Source: the human T2T-CHM13v2.0 reference genome, Homo sapiens
Assembly (NCBI RefSeq): GCF_009914755.1
Contig: NC_060939.1
Direction: 5' to 3' (one strand)
Length of the DNA stretch: 64,000 nucleotides
The notes under the pieces are model-generated. The model was not told the DNA's origin, did not search any database, and saw only the letters and a list, made by a program, of their open reading frames with translations. The first letter of the stretch is position 1. Each line of letters opens with the position of its first letter. Positions 15,038-30,433 of this stretch are shown piece by piece. A program made the translations under genes and the position numbers.

Positions 15038-16107
15038 TCTAGTCCATCTTCCCTTGAATATCCTTACATCAGTGTTTCCCAAATTGTGCCCTTTAAGATG
15101 TATTAATGGGTCTACTAAAAAGCAAATAAAATGAACAAAAAGGATGCTCCACAGTCCAACAGATTTTGGGACTGCTATATATAAACATTATATTCTACGT
15201 TGGAAATTCGCAATGCTAATGAACACAAATGGAAAGAGGCTCAAGGTGGGCCAGTTTTCATCATTTCTCCTTCAGGCTGCCCAAGCGTCTGCCTTTCTCC
15301 TACCAAATCCAGACATATCAGTGAAGTCTGTCAGAATTTGCTATATTTACTTCTTGCAAGATAACCCAATTCTCCTGTGAAAGGAATTGTTTGTAGACTC
15401 TTAACTTCTGTCTGTCATGTTTTTGGCAGAAAGTCATCAATGTTATATCTGGTGGCTTTTCTAAATTTTACCACTGATTAAAAGGTGAGTTTAGTATTTA
15501 AAAAAAAAAAGACTTTACTAATTATATAAAAGTAATACATGATTATTTTAGAACACTGAGAAAAATATCACTGCCCAAAGATAACCAGTGTTAACATTTT
15601 GGTATGGAAATGTCTAAATGTGTATATACACTTTTTAAAATTAAATTCAGATTATTTGGTATATATTGTTTTGTATCTTGTTTTTCTACTTGTTGTTATA
15701 TCCTGAGATCTTCCTGATATCATTACAGGGGTTCAAAGGCATGGTTTTTAATGGCCAAAAAACTTTTCCATCATAAGGTTGTACTATAATTATTTTAACT
15801 ACTTCCTCTATTTTGGGACATTTAAGTCATTTCCTATTCTTCTGTTCTTTATCCCTGTCTGTTTTTCCTTTTTCAATTACTAATGCTCATATTAGTAGTC
15901 TTTGTCCAAATCTCTGATTCTTTCCTTAGGAAAAATTCCTAAAAGAACAATTAATGGTTCGAGTCAGTAATTTATGTAATTGTCAAAATGGTTTTAGTAA
16001 ATGATGTAACAATTTACATTTTTACTAAGAGTGAAGAAAGGATACAAACCTAATCACACATTAGCCAACTATTAAAAAGTAATGTTCATTTAAAAATACA
16101 AAATTTA

Positions 16108-16739
<632 letters not shown>

Positions 16740-19009
16740 TAGTCTGTCTTTGCTCTTCTGTGAGTTGTATTCTTCTGTTAGTTATTGAAAAACGAAATCA
16801 ATCTCTTGTGATGGTGCTTATCTTCAAAACCTTTAAAAATAATGTTGAAAGTATTTGACTGTGCATCTTTGATAGTTTTATTTCTGTAGGGAGAGTTTTC
16901 TGATTCCCACCTGAAGTGTGTGGCTATATATACTGGCCATAGGCCAGCTAGCTAGTGCTGGGCTGCAAGAAGCTGCGTTGGAGCGTCCACAGTAGGCCTG
17001 TGGTATACTTAACATGACTATTAGGTTAATTATCAGCTTTAAACATTAAATGAAACTTAATAATTATAGTTAAAATATATAAAACATTTTTGCATATCAC
17101 TGGAAAACAGAATTTCTGAGCAAATTGTGAAGTAGAATTTGACTTTTGTTCCTAGCATGCTTTCTTAATCAAAACATTTAAAATACAACTTTTAATATTT
17201 AACTTTACTTTTATGCATTTTCGGTAACAGCAGCTCTTGATTTTAGAAGATCTTGTATCTTTTAAAAATATTTAACTGAACATAAAACAGGATTATTTTT
17301 ATTTGCTGCCATTTCAGATTAACATTGCCTGTCATTTTATGCTAAAATCCTTTGTTTTTTATAATTATCTATTAAATTACATTTTCAAAAAAAAGCATTG
17401 GCAGGTACATTGTTATTATTATTTAAATTATTACTGGTCAATTAAGAGTAGTAGGAATTAAGGTAAAATGTCTGTATCTTTTGTCCATTAACTTTTTATT
17501 GGCCTTTCTTCCTGTCAGTTGAATTTAAAAATAGATTGCGAAATTATCATGTGAGACTGGAATGTGAAAACATAGAAATACACTTTCTTTTTCTGTCCTT
17601 TCATACCACGTCTGATAATTGCCAAATTTTAGTTCTAGTAAAGGAAGAAGGATTCATGAAAAGGGAGTAACATCAACTTGTTTTTAGTAAAGGAAACTTA
17701 CACTTTACCAGCTCCTTAAATGACTGCTGGGATGTTATGGCCATAGTAGATAAGAATACACACTGAGCATCCCCCACCCTTTTTTTGACAGAAATGTTTG
17801 TAAAAAATTCCAAATAGTATCTGAGGTTAGCATTGAATAATAGAAGTTCTGGAATAAGTGACTAATGGCCTGGCATGATTAAAAGTTGGCTAGATAGCAG
17901 GAAATTGTTACTCATTAGTGGAATATTTTAATTTCAAAGCACTAGGATGTACAGTAGTTGGTGTTGATGTTAATTAAAGGATAAGTTCTAATCAGTTATT
18001 TTGCTTTTTTGTAACGGTAATTATAACTTTAGGGAGAGTTTTATTCAAGGTAACTGGTGTAATTTGACTTCTTAATCATGAAATTCATGTCTAGGAACTT
18101 TCTAAAGACTGAATATGTATCTGCTGTCACTGCTTGGGTTCTAGTTCATGTCTGCTGTTAATGACTGGATTACATATTGTAATTCTGTGATTTTTTATTT
18201 TCTATAAAATAAAGGAATTAAATTTAATGATCTCTTAGGTCCCATATCACTCCAAATACTCTGTTAAATGCAGTTGTTTTACAAACATATGCATTTAATG
18301 TAAAATGTGCTTCAGAACGCTTTTTCCGTATAGGTATTGAAATAGATATGTTGTTTGCAGACAGATTGAGGCATTTCCAGTTAATGATTTTATGTAACCT
18401 GTCATAACTCGTATAATGAAACAAACCTTGTGCTAAAAGTCTGACATATTGGATTAATGTCCCAGTCCCACTGTGGATGAGGTGATTAACCTCTCTATGC
18501 ATCAGTTTTGTTACCTATAACTCTAAACAGTCATCTCTGCACAGCACACCTTTGAGGGGCAAATGGAATAATATATGTAAAGCATTTTGTAAATTGTTAA
18601 GTACTCTGTAACTTTAGGATAATAGTAATTGGAAAGAACATAGAAAGACAGAGTATCGATGAGAATTCAATAGTCAGCATTAAAGGAGATTAAAAGTGAA
18701 GATAAAAGCTTAACTTTATGAAGCAAAGTTTGAAGGTTTTTTCAAAATAGACAACAGAAATCCATATAATATTCAGTTAGATCATTTAAATTTGCAAAAT
18801 TAGAAAATCTTCTTTATATGACCAGATTGTAAGGCATCTGTAATGATCTGGTTAAAACTAAACTTGCACTAAAATATTTTAAAGCAAATGTAACACATGT
18901 TCATTGTCAAGAATAAGAATACATAATTGACTGAAATAAAAGTAAATTTACTTTTTAACCCTTCTCTTAATATTACTTTCTAGAGATAACCCTCATTAAC
19001 AAACATTCT

Positions 19010-19330
19010 GTGTATTTGTGCATTCAGAAATAATTTGTTGAGCAAAATTCTATATGGCATATACAATTGTGTATTCATTGTGCTAAGTGGTGAGGATGAA
19101 ACAGCTAACAAGCAGACATGATTCTCTGCCTTCATAGTGCTTATTGTCTGTTAGTAGAGACAGACAATAAGCAAGTAAATGAATAATTATACCTTTTATT
19201 GTCTACTTAAATAAAAGTACTACTCTGATAAAGAATTATTGGGGTAGAGTGGAAGTTATTTTAAATAGGTTAGACACAGAGGGCCTTTCTGAAGTGATAT
19301 TTAAGTTGAGACCTGAGGGTTAGAAGGAGC
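19010..19330 (-). mobile_element. L2 3'-end relic
   Basis: cattcagaaataatttgttgagc...ctgccttcatagtgctta...gtgatatttaagttgagacctga. Confidence 0.6.
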
Positions 19331-21422
19331 CTATGCGTGTGTGTTTTACACTTACACATACATATACACATATTCATGTATAAACTTTTTATTTGCAGAA
19401 GTGAAATCATATTTTTCTGTGACTTTTGAAAACAGTGTCTTATGGACATGGTAGTCCTTATATTACAGGTTTATCTTTTTCATTTTTTTTAAACTGATCT
19501 ATACTTCTCAGACTAGAGTATGAGGAAACATAGTTTTGAGTTCTTGAAACATTGTAAATTTTTTTGAGATGCAGTTTAAGAATAATTTAAAATTCACACA
19601 CCCTTTCATCAAACAATCCTATTTATAATAATTTATCTTACAGATATAGTTACTAAGTATTTAAAGATTCATATGTTAGACTAGCATAAATCTCTAAGTA
19701 ACCTAATTGATCCAACCAATAAGGGACTAGTTAAATACAGAATAGAGTGGAATACTAGGAAGCTGTTAATAAGATGTATGGAAAAATATCCAATTTATAT
19801 TATTAATAAAAACAAGTTGCAGAAAAGTATGTATACTCTGATTTCATTTATGGAAAAGAGAAGGAAAGATATAAATGTCTATGTCCTTGTATGTGTAAGA
19901 AAGTTTTGCAAGTCTACACAGAAATCTATTAATGATGGTTATAGCTGAGGAATGGGATTGGAAAAACCTGAAGATGAGGAGGAAGGCAAAAATAATACAT
20001 TTGAAATTTTTGGAAAGCCAAATAAAAACATCAATTAGAAATTAAACTTGGAATATTTAAATCTATACCTGGTGATTTCTACCTTGTTCAAGGTAGTTAT
20101 AAACTTTTTGAGTTTTTATTTCTTGAAACAAAATGCTATAGGAGAAAAAATAGTTTAATAAAAGTATTTGGCAACAGTCTGCAAATGTTAGTTAATATAG
20201 CATTTTTTTCCTAGAAGATGAATCATGTCATATAAATGCTGAGGTGGTTAAGTATAATTTATTAAAATTTTAAAAACTAATTTGTTTTGTTAACCAAGTA
20301 CTTAATATGTTGAGTACATGTGCTGTGTAAATAGAGATTCACAGTTATCTAGCAGATACCCTATTATATAGGCTATTAGGGGAGATAATGTAAAATTATA
20401 GAGTCTAGCTAGAATAGACCTTAGAGAGCTGAGTATTTAATTTAGCTGAGCTGGAAACTCAGTTAAGTGACTTGCCATAAAATAACTAGTTGGCATCAGA
20501 GTCAGGACTGATATCTTGGTTTTCAATTTCAAAATTCACTGTATCACTTTAGCAAGTTTAATGTTTTCAAGACAAAAATTTATGTTCTTTTTTCCGCTTA
20601 TGTTCTCTTAATTTCAAGTTCAGTCTTTTAAGTCAGTATAAATAAGTGTTATTACTTACTAACAAGGTTGGTCAGATGTATCATTTTGCTAGGATGACCA
20701 TACATCTAGTGTGCCTAAGACAATCCCCCAGCATAATTACCAAAAAGTGTCTCCTTTCACTTTTAGTAGTATCTGGTTGTGGACAACATATTCCATGGTC
20801 ACCCCAATTGTTGCCAATTTATTGAATCTGAAAGATTCTACACAGTGCCAGGGTAAAGATTTTGGATTATGAATCTAAATAATTATAATGCAAGCTGTGC
20901 TGAATGCCAAAGCGCTACTCTAATTCTAAACTGGAAGAAATAATTTCTGCTAGGTTTGACAGGCAAGGGAGGCTGATTGAAGAACGTGGCATGTGAGCCG
21001 AGCCTAGAAGGATGGATGGGATTATAGATTAGTCAGGTTACATGAAGATGGGAAGAGGTGTATATGCAAGAAGGCTCAAAGTGCATTTGGAGAATAGCCA
21101 GCATCTCGGTTTACCAGTGTTGAGAGAAGTATGAGTACAGGAATATACATCTGGGAAGGTGTGCAGAGACCAGATTATTTAATACCAAGTCAAAGGGTTG
21201 GAATTTGTTGAGCAGTTGGAGGACTCCAGCAGTTTTCAGTTATGTAGCACTTTAAGAGGATTAATTTATTAGAGATGTGTTGAGTGGCTTTAGAGAGGAA
21301 AATATGGAATCTGTCCTACCATTTAGAAGGATTTTGTACCAAATCAGATGTGATGTTTAAGGCCCTGGACTAGTTTATGGCAATGGAGAGAGAGAGGCTT
21401 TCTTTTTATTCCCTAATGGCTT

Positions 21423-21822
21423 TGTATTAGTTCATTTGCATTGCTATAAAAGAATACCTAAGGATGGGTAATTTATAAAGAAAAGAGATTTATTTGGCTC
21501 CTGGTTCTGCAGGCTGTACAAGAAGCATGGCACCATCATCTGCTTCCAATGAGGGCTTCAGGAAGATTTTTAATCATGGCAGAAGGCAAAATGGGAGCAG
21601 GCATGTCACATGGTGAGAGAGGAGGAGGTTCCAGGCTCTTTTAAACAACCAGTTCTCAAGGAAACTAACCGAGTAAGAACCTACTCAGTGCAAGAAAGAC
21701 ATCAGGCCATTCCTGAGGGTTCTGTCCCCATGACACAAACACTCTCCACTAGGCTGACCCTCCAAATTGGAGATCAAATTTCAACATGAGGTTTGGAGGG
21801 GACAAACATCCAGACGATATCA
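21423..21822 (-). mobile_element. MaLR solo LTR, MSTB-like
   Basis: tgtattagttcatttgcattgctataaaag ... catccagacgatatca; perfect TSD GGCTT. Confidence 0.9.
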
Positions 21823-24181
21823 GGCTTATACATGGTACATATTTATTACATGTTGGATAGATGTTTCTACAAAAGAAGATGGCACAAGATTTATGATTTA
21901 TTGGATACTTAGGATAAGAGAGAAGAAAACATTAGAGTTTTACACTAATTAAAAGTAGAGGGATTTTCTGTATAAGTGTAAGGATATGATCTTTGTTCTA
22001 CTTAGCTTAAGGAGGTTTGTCTCCATTAATTTTGAGTTATGCTATAATGAATGCTGTTTTTAGATAGCTTTGAAGAGGTAGACATATAATTAAAGTATGA
22101 ATAATTTGTTTGATGTTGAACATCAATTTCATCTTTGCCAAAGGTCATGGACTTTAAGACCAGAATTTCTGAGGTCCACATAATAATTTAATGACTCAAT
22201 GATAATTTTTGGTGTTAAATAAAAGTCCTGCAGATGACCTTTCTGGACACAAAGTTGAATTTAGAATTATCAAAGAGCAAGCTTGAATTTGAATTTGATG
22301 CTATTATTTTGTTATAAAGAAAGAATCTATTATGCAGTGCTAAAACACCAGAAGGAAGATAGTATGTCTGAATATCTTTTAATTGGTAGTTATATTTAAA
22401 AGATGCTAAATTATACAATAATGTCATAGTTGGCAAAATATCATTTGAGTCTGAAAGATATCACTGACAATCTGGCTGCTTATAGACTAGCTTTCATATA
22501 GTTTCCATGCTGCGTCTGTGTGTTTTTCATTTTAGGTTATAGTGTTGTTGGCAATGAGAATATCTCCCAATTGATGCATGCTTAAGAGACTACCAGAAAT
22601 AAAAAGTATAATATAATTTGATATGCATTTAGAGAAATGTTTTTCTTTAGTATTAACATTTTAAATGTTACTACTGCCTCATAACTGCTGTAATAGTGTT
22701 TTAATATTTTAGCTGTATGAGTATTTCTCATAAAAACCTTTATTTACCACCAGAATTATTGCCTGAGTTTCCCCTTATATAGCATGTATCTGAACATTGT
22801 AGACCCCAAATGATAAAATAAATTAAGAGACTTTTTGGCTAGATTCTGGTTTGGTGATGATTTTTTCCTAATTTTAGAGTTCCTCTTCATTTTACACTCT
22901 TTTACAAATTTGAGTAGTTGTAGTTTATTATAGAATAGTTTTGTTAAAAATCTCAATTAGGGACTACTTTTCAAAATAATCTCAGGAAATAAAAACTGCT
23001 TGAATTTGGACTTCTGCATCTTAAAAAATGCTAATACTATTTCTCTGTCAACTACATCCTAGAAAATTGGTTTATGATTAGATGTCATGTAAATCACTAA
23101 GCTCATTGAAAGTCAGTTTTTCTTTTTTATTGGACTGAATGGGTAATGAGCAGAAATACCTTTCTGCTTTTTGTCTTCCTCCTTTCCTCTGGGATGTGGG
23201 AATCACATTGAGGAGACAGCATTTGGTTTAGGATGAAAGGAGAGAAGGCTATCTTTTTTCTGGGCCCACTGCTGTGGTAGGTGCGTCATTAACATCTGTC
23301 ACACCTTTTTTAATGAGTGCTTTTGATGTCAGGAAAAAGTCAGATGACTTCCTTAAAATTAAAACATCTCTCTTGCACGCAAGAATGGGAGGAGTATTTT
23401 GTGTTCATTTTATTTTATAACTTCCTCCAATTGTTTATATAAGTCATTTGTTGAAATCAGCAGTTCACTGCAAGGGCTGCTTATCAGAACCTACACATAT
23501 TTAAAACTCCCCAGTATTGTGTTCCTATCAGATTAGTACTTCTCTGCCTTTGAGACTTGGTTCCTTAGAGGAGAAACTCCAGTGTCTGTGAGATTATTCA
23601 CATGCACTTTATTCCCTTGCCAGTGAAATTGTTTGAATACTCAAAACATGTAGCCTTGGCTATTTTTGTGAGTTTATGTTCACATTGCATTTTGGCCCTA
23701 ATGAGTCTCCTAGCTATTCATCAACCATGCTCATGGACATTTCAGGTATTAGAGTAGCTTTGAATAATTTCATTTTGAAGTGTGTTATTCTCTCACCACC
23801 AGGGAGACTACAAACCAAATTCAGAAGCACCAACTTCAGTTAAGCTGAGACTGCTGGCAAATCCTATTAGGTTTCCCTAGTCTACTTCCTCTCCCTTCTC
23901 TGTATGTCAATATTTGAAACGTTCTTGCCTCTCAAGCCTATAATTCTCTTACTTCGGCAGATGATCCCACATTTCCCATTCATTGGAATTTAAGATCTTT
24001 TTACGATCTCATGCGTGGTCAGTTTTTTTGGTGACAGTTCTATGGGTGTTAAGTTTGCTGCATATTATAGTTTGTAAATATCTATTGGATTAAACTTAAT
24101 TGTGTTCTTAAAATTCATTAAACGCTTACCTAATTTTTGTCTACCTTATCTGTCAGTTTCTAAGAAAATATGTTTCTAAGA

Positions 24182-24483
<302 letters not shown>

Positions 24484-24785
24484 CTAAGAAAGTATGATTG
24501 GAGATTTGTTCAATGTTTTATTTATATTATTGCTTTATATATTCAGAAGCTATGTTGTTAATGCATTAGGAATTATGACTTACCTTCCTGGTCAATTACT
24601 CCATTTCATCAAATCTAAGGTACCATGCATTATGAGATACAACCTGATTGCAGAGATGTTAAAATATGGAAAAGGATCAAGAAAACATGGTATTTGTTTT
24701 ATCAGCAGGAAACATTTGTGTTGTCCTAGTTAATTCTTGTTGCTTTCAACTTTGTTTTGTCTGATACTGACATTATTATACCTAC

Positions 24786-25086
24786 CTTTTTTTTTTTTTT
24801 TTTGAGACAGAATCTCATTCTGTCACCCAGGCTGGAGTGCAGTGGCGCAATTTCGGCTCACTGCAGCCTCTTCCTCCTGTGTTCAAGATATTCTCCTGCC
24901 TCAGCCTCCCAAGTAGCTAGGATTACAGGCACCCACTACCATGCCCGGCTAATTTTTGTATTTTTAGTAGACACAGGGTTTTACAATGTTGGTCAGGCTG
25001 GTCTCGAACTCCTGACCTCAAGTGACCCACCTGCCTCAGCCTCCCTAAGTACTGGGATTACAGGTGTGAACCCCCATGCCTGTCCA
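24786..25086 (-). mobile_element. AluS
   Basis: Poly-T then antisense dimer. Confidence 0.93.
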
Positions 25087-25914
25087 TGCTTTTATAATAG
25101 CATTGACTGAAATATATTTTCTATTCTTTCATTTTCAAACTTTTGGTGTTCTTTTGTTTTAGGGTTATCAACTGTAGACCACTTTATACTTACTGTCCTT
25201 AGGAGTTCTGCCATCTTGATTTTTTCTTTCTATTTATCAAATGGCTGCCTTTAAAAATTCAACGTATTTAGCCATTTTTTTTTCTAGCAGCACTCAGGAT
25301 TCATCATGATACCTTTTCCCTCACCAAACAATTAAAAAGAACTTCATCCTTTCACTGCCCTGTTTCTCATATACTGTACATTGTCCTAAACTATATTCTC
25401 TGGGCTATAATTTCTACTTTCTTGGATTCATCGTTCTTTATTTCACTTGATTATATTTTATGATAAATTTCTCAGAGTATGTGAGAAGTAAATATTCAAA
25501 ACTTTGTATGTCTGAAAATATATTATTTGCCCTTATATACAGTTTCATCATCTTTTAGCCTAATGTTAGGAATTCAGTTTCTCATTCATTTCTTGATTTT
25601 AGATGACTTAGTTTATTCTCTGAAAGCTTTTGGTTTTTTTTTTTATTTGAATTTAAAGAATAAAACCGCCAGTTTCATATTGTCCAGATTGAGTGGTTTC
25701 TTTAAAGACTTGTATCTGTTTAGGTCCAGAAAAATCTTATGATGTATCTGTTTGATTATTGTTCTTGCTACTTATTCTGTTAGCTCCTCTTAGATTTTTG
25801 CTTTTCATGCCATCTGCTGCTCTTAAGTGTTGTATCCTGGGAAAGTCCTTAGAATTACTTTCTAGTCCACTAATTTCCTCTTTTTTCTTTTTGAGTTCAA
25901 TGTGCTTTTCTGTC

Positions 25915-26655
25915 TATATTGTTAAGAAACTTTATCTTAGGATTATATTAGATTTATAGAAAAATTATGAAGATAATACAGATAGTTCTCATATATCCTA
26001 CACCATTTTCCCCTATATTTAACATCTTAATATGATAAATTTGTCACAAATAACCAACATTGATACATTTTTTACTTACAAAAGTTCAAACTTTATTCAG
26101 ATACTGTTAGCTTTTCTTTTTCTGTTCCAGGATCCTATCTAGGATGCCATTATTACATTTAGTCATTGTGTTTCATTAGATTCTTCTTGGCTGTGACAGT
26201 TTCTCAGACTTATCCTTGTTTTTGATCAACTTATCAGTTTTGAGGAGCATTGGTGAGGTATTTTGTAGAATATTGCTCAATTAGAATTTGCCTGATATTT
26301 TCTTAAGAGTAGACTGGGATATGGGTTTTTGAGAGGAAGACCACAGAGATAAAATACTGTTCTCATCACATCACATTGAGGGCACATGCTCTCAACGTGA
26401 CTTATCACTATAGATGCCATCCCTGATCACATAGCTAAGGTAGTGTTTATCAGATTTCTCCACCATAAAGTTACTTTTTTTTATCCTTTCCATACTCTAT
26501 ACTTTGGAAAAAAGTCATTATACACTGTCTACATTTAAGGATTGGAGAGTTATGCTCTACCTCCTTGTGGGCTAAGTATTTACATAGACTATTTTGTATT
26601 CTACACAGAATTGTCCATCCTTCCCCATTTACTCATTTATTCAATCATTTGCTAA
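25915..26655 (-). mobile_element. L1MC-type 3'-end
   Basis: agatttatagaaaaattatgaagataatacag...ctgttccaggatcc...gtgacagtttctcagactt. Confidence 0.7.
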
Positions 26656-26740
26656 TATTTTCTTAAGGATTGTTACAACATAGATGTCTGAGTTTTCTGG
26701 TAATGTCTTTGTCTGGTTTTGGTATTAGGATAATGTTGGC

Positions 26741-27148
26741 TTTCTTGGTATATTTGTGCTGCTATAACAAAATACCTTAGACTGGGTGATTTATAAAGGA
26801 CGGAAATTTATTTCTCACAGTTCTGGAGGTTGGGAGTCTAAGATCAAGGTGCCAACAGGTTTGGTGTCTGGTAAGAGCCTGTTTACCACACTCTGTAAGA
26901 GTCTAAGTCCTTGTTTCCAAGATGGTGCCTTATTGCTCCACCCTATATTGGGGAGGAACACTGTGTCTTCCGTGGCAAAAGGGGGACCTTCAACCTCAAA
27001 ACCTTTTATAGGGGTGCTAATCTGATGTATGAGACAGAGCCCTCATGACCTAATCACCTCCCAAAGGCCACACCTCTTAATACTGCTACACTGAGGATTA
27101 AGTTTCAGCATGAATTTTGGAGGGAACACTGTCATTCAGATCATAGCA
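26741..27148 (-). mobile_element. MaLR solo LTR (MSTD/MLT1A-like)
   Basis: gctgctataacaaaataccttagactggg ... cattcagatcatagca; flanks ttggc/ctggc. Confidence 0.82.
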
Positions 27149-27403
27149 CTGGCTTTATAGAATGAGGAAATGTTCCCTCTGTTTCTGTTTTCTCGAAAAG
27201 ATTGTAGAGCTTGGTATTATTTATCCTTTTACGGTTTGGTAGAATTCACCAGTGAAACTATCTAGGCCTAGTGCATTCTTTTTTTTGAAGATCTTTAATT
27301 ATTGATTAAGTTTGTTTAATAGACATAGGGCTATTCAGGTATTCAGGTTATCTGTTTATCCTTGTATGAATTTTTGTAATTTGTGTCTTTTAAGAAATTG
27401 GTT

Positions 27404-27540
27404 GGCCCAGAGTGGTCGCTTACACCTATAATCACAGCACTTTGGGAGGCCGAGGTGGGCAGATCACCTGAGCTTAGGAGTTTAAGACCAGCCTGGGCAA
27501 CATAGCAAACTCCTGTCTCTACCAAAAATAAAAAGAAATT
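27404..27540 (+). mobile_element. Alu left monomer (FLAM-like)
   Basis: Single arm ending tgtctctaccaaaaataaaa. Confidence 0.8.
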
Positions 27541-27730
27541 AAGAGAGAGAGGGAGAGGGGGAGGGGGAGAGGGAGAAGGAGCAGGAAAGGGAAGGGGAAA
27601 GGAAAGGGAAAAGGGAAAGGGAGTCTCTAGAGAGAGAGAGAGAGAGGACTGAAAGGGAAGGGAAATGGGAAAGGGAGTCTCTAGAGAGAGAGAGTGGAAT
27701 GAAAGGGAAGGGAAAAGGGAAAGGGAGTCT
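27541..27730. repeat. Polypurine tract with a 50-54 bp minisatellite (about 2.6 units)
   Basis: Units GAAAGGGAAGGGAAAAGGGAAAGGGAGTCTCTAGAGAGAG... start near 27597, 27651 and 27701. Confidence 0.85.
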
Positions 27731-27775
27731 TTTTCATCTAAGCGGGCATAGAGTTGTTTATAGTATTCCCTTATC

Positions 27776-28087
27776 TTTTTTTTTTTTTTTTTTTTTTTGA
27801 GACAGGGTCTCACTCTGTCACCCAGGCTGGAGGGACTGAAGTGCAGTGTCATGATCGGGGCTCACGGCAGCCTCGACTTCCTGGGCTCAGGTGATCCTCC
27901 TGCCTCAGCCCCTCAAGTAGCTGGGTCCACAGGTGTGTGCCACCATGCCCGGCTAATTTTTGTATTTTTGGTAGAGACAGTTTCGCCATGTTGCCCAGGC
28001 TGGTCTCAAACTCCTGAGCTCAAGTGATCTGCTGGTCTTGGCCTCCCAAAATTTTGGGTTTATAGGCATGAACCAGCGGGCCTGGCC
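27776..28087 (-). mobile_element. AluJb-like
   Basis: Poly-T then antisense dimer; flanks ttcccttatc / ttcctttatc. Confidence 0.9.
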
Positions 28088-29060
28088 TTCCTTTATCCTT
28101 TTAATGCCCATGAAATGAGTAGTGTTAGCCCCTCTTTCATATCTGATATTAGTAATTTGTAGCTTCTCTTTCTTTTTCCCTTGGTGCCTGGCTACAGGTT
28201 TAACAGTCTGTTGATCTTTATAAATAACTAACTTTTAATTTCATTTTATTTTCTCTATTTTTCTGTTTTCAATTTCATTTATTTCTGCTCTAATTTTTAT
28301 TATTCCCCTTCTTCTGCTTGCTTTAGGCTTAATTTTCTCTTCTTTCTCTAGTTTCCCAAGGTATAATCTAAGTTTCACTTATTTTCATTCAGTTCAAAAG
28401 ATTTTCTGTTTTTACATCTAGCTCCCTCTTTGGCCCATGAGTTATTTAGATATATTTATTTCCAAATATTTGGAGTTTTCCAGCTATATTTTTGTTACTT
28501 ATTTCTAATTTAACGCTACTGTCTGAAAACATACTTTGTATGATTTCTGTTTATTTAAATGCGTTAAAGTATATTTTATGTCCCAGATGTTGTCTATCTT
28601 GGTGAATTTCCATGCAAGCTTAAGAATAATGTGCGTTTTGTCATTGTTGGATGGAATATGCTATAAATGTCTATTAGATCAATTGATATAGATGACTGTT
28701 CAGATCATCTATATACTTAGTAATTTTTTTTCCTTCTTGATTTATCAATTACTGACAGAAGGGTATTTAAACTCTCCAGTTATTACAGTGAATTTTGCCT
28801 GTCCTCTTGCAGTTCTGTCAGTTTTGCCTTATATATTCTGGCACTCTTTTGTTGGGTGCATACATGTTTAGGATTGTTATGTCTTCTTGGAAAATTGACA
28901 GCTTTATCATTATGTAATACCTTCCTTTTTCTCTGATAATCTTCCTTGTTCTGAAGTCTGCTTTGTCTAGTATTAATATAGCTAATTAATATATCAATAT
29001 AACAATGTAATAAAGGTATTCCATCTTTCTTTTGATTAATTATAGCAAGCTATATCATTC

Positions 29061-29367
<307 letters not shown>

Positions 29368-29380
29368 TCCCTTTACTTTT

Positions 29381-30433
29381 TTTGTAACTTTTAGTCATGT
29401 GGCTTTTTAATGAAAGGGTATTTAAACTATAATCACTAATACATGAAGATCTTCAAAAAATTATATAATAGAGATCCTCCTATTCAGAATTTTGAAGTCC
29501 TTGTTTTAATCTGTAACAAAGAGCTGTTTTGAACTCAGCTGAGCCTCCTTGGATGGGGCATAAGAGGAGCATCTGTTATCTGCTTTCAATCCATTGCCCC
29601 TTTGTCCCTTTACAAGTTACCTTACCCAGAATTGCCTGTGCTCATGATTCTTTCGTTCTAGCTATCTTTGTTTTCTACCTCCTCCTCTCTGACTTACTTT
29701 CTTCTCCTGCTAATATTTTCCCCCATTTTAAAAAATTACAGTAAAATGTACATAGCCCTAAAATTAACTATCTTAACTATTGTGTGTATTTCCTTGGCAT
29801 TAAGTGCATTCATTCTGTTGTGCAGCTATCACTGCTATCCATCTCAAGAACTCTTCATCTTGCAAAACTGAAACTCTGTGCCCATTCAACAAAGACTCCA
29901 CATCCTTCCCTCTTCCCTTTTACCTTCTATTTCTATGATCGGGACTATTCTAGCCTTATATAAGTAGAAATCATACAGTATTTATCTGTTTGTGACTGGC
30001 TTATTTCACTTACCATAATATCCTCAAGGTACATCCATATTGTAACATATGTTAGCATTTCCTTCCTTTTTAATTCTGAATAATATTTTGTTACATCTAT
30101 ATACCACATTTTGATTATCTGTTCATCCATCATTAGACATTTGGATTGTTTCCACATTTCAGATATTCTGAATATGGATGTACAAAGATCTCTTTGAGAC
30201 CCTGCTTTCAATTCTCTAGTGTATACTCAGAGTGGAATTGCTGGATCATATGATAATTCTATTGTTACTTTTGAGAGGAACTTTTATACTGTTTTCACAG
30301 TGGCTGTACCATTTTACATGCCCACCACTGATGCAGAAGAGTTCCAGGTTTTCAGTATCATCACCAAAACTTATTACTTTCATTTTTCAGGGTGTTTTTT
30401 ATAGTGGCTATCCTAGTGGGTGTAAAGTAATTA
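29381..30433 (-). mobile_element. 5'-truncated L1MB-type insertion (about 29725-30433) plus about 340 nt of 3'-transduced sequence
   Basis: L1MB 3' end at about 29725; TSD TCCCTTTACTTTT at 29368-29380 and 30434-30446 encloses the L1 and the extra sequence. Confidence 0.78.

Noticed and set aside
27343-27852. 169-aa Pro/Ser/Lys-rich ORF
   Set aside because: Translation of an Alu tail plus the polypurine repeat.
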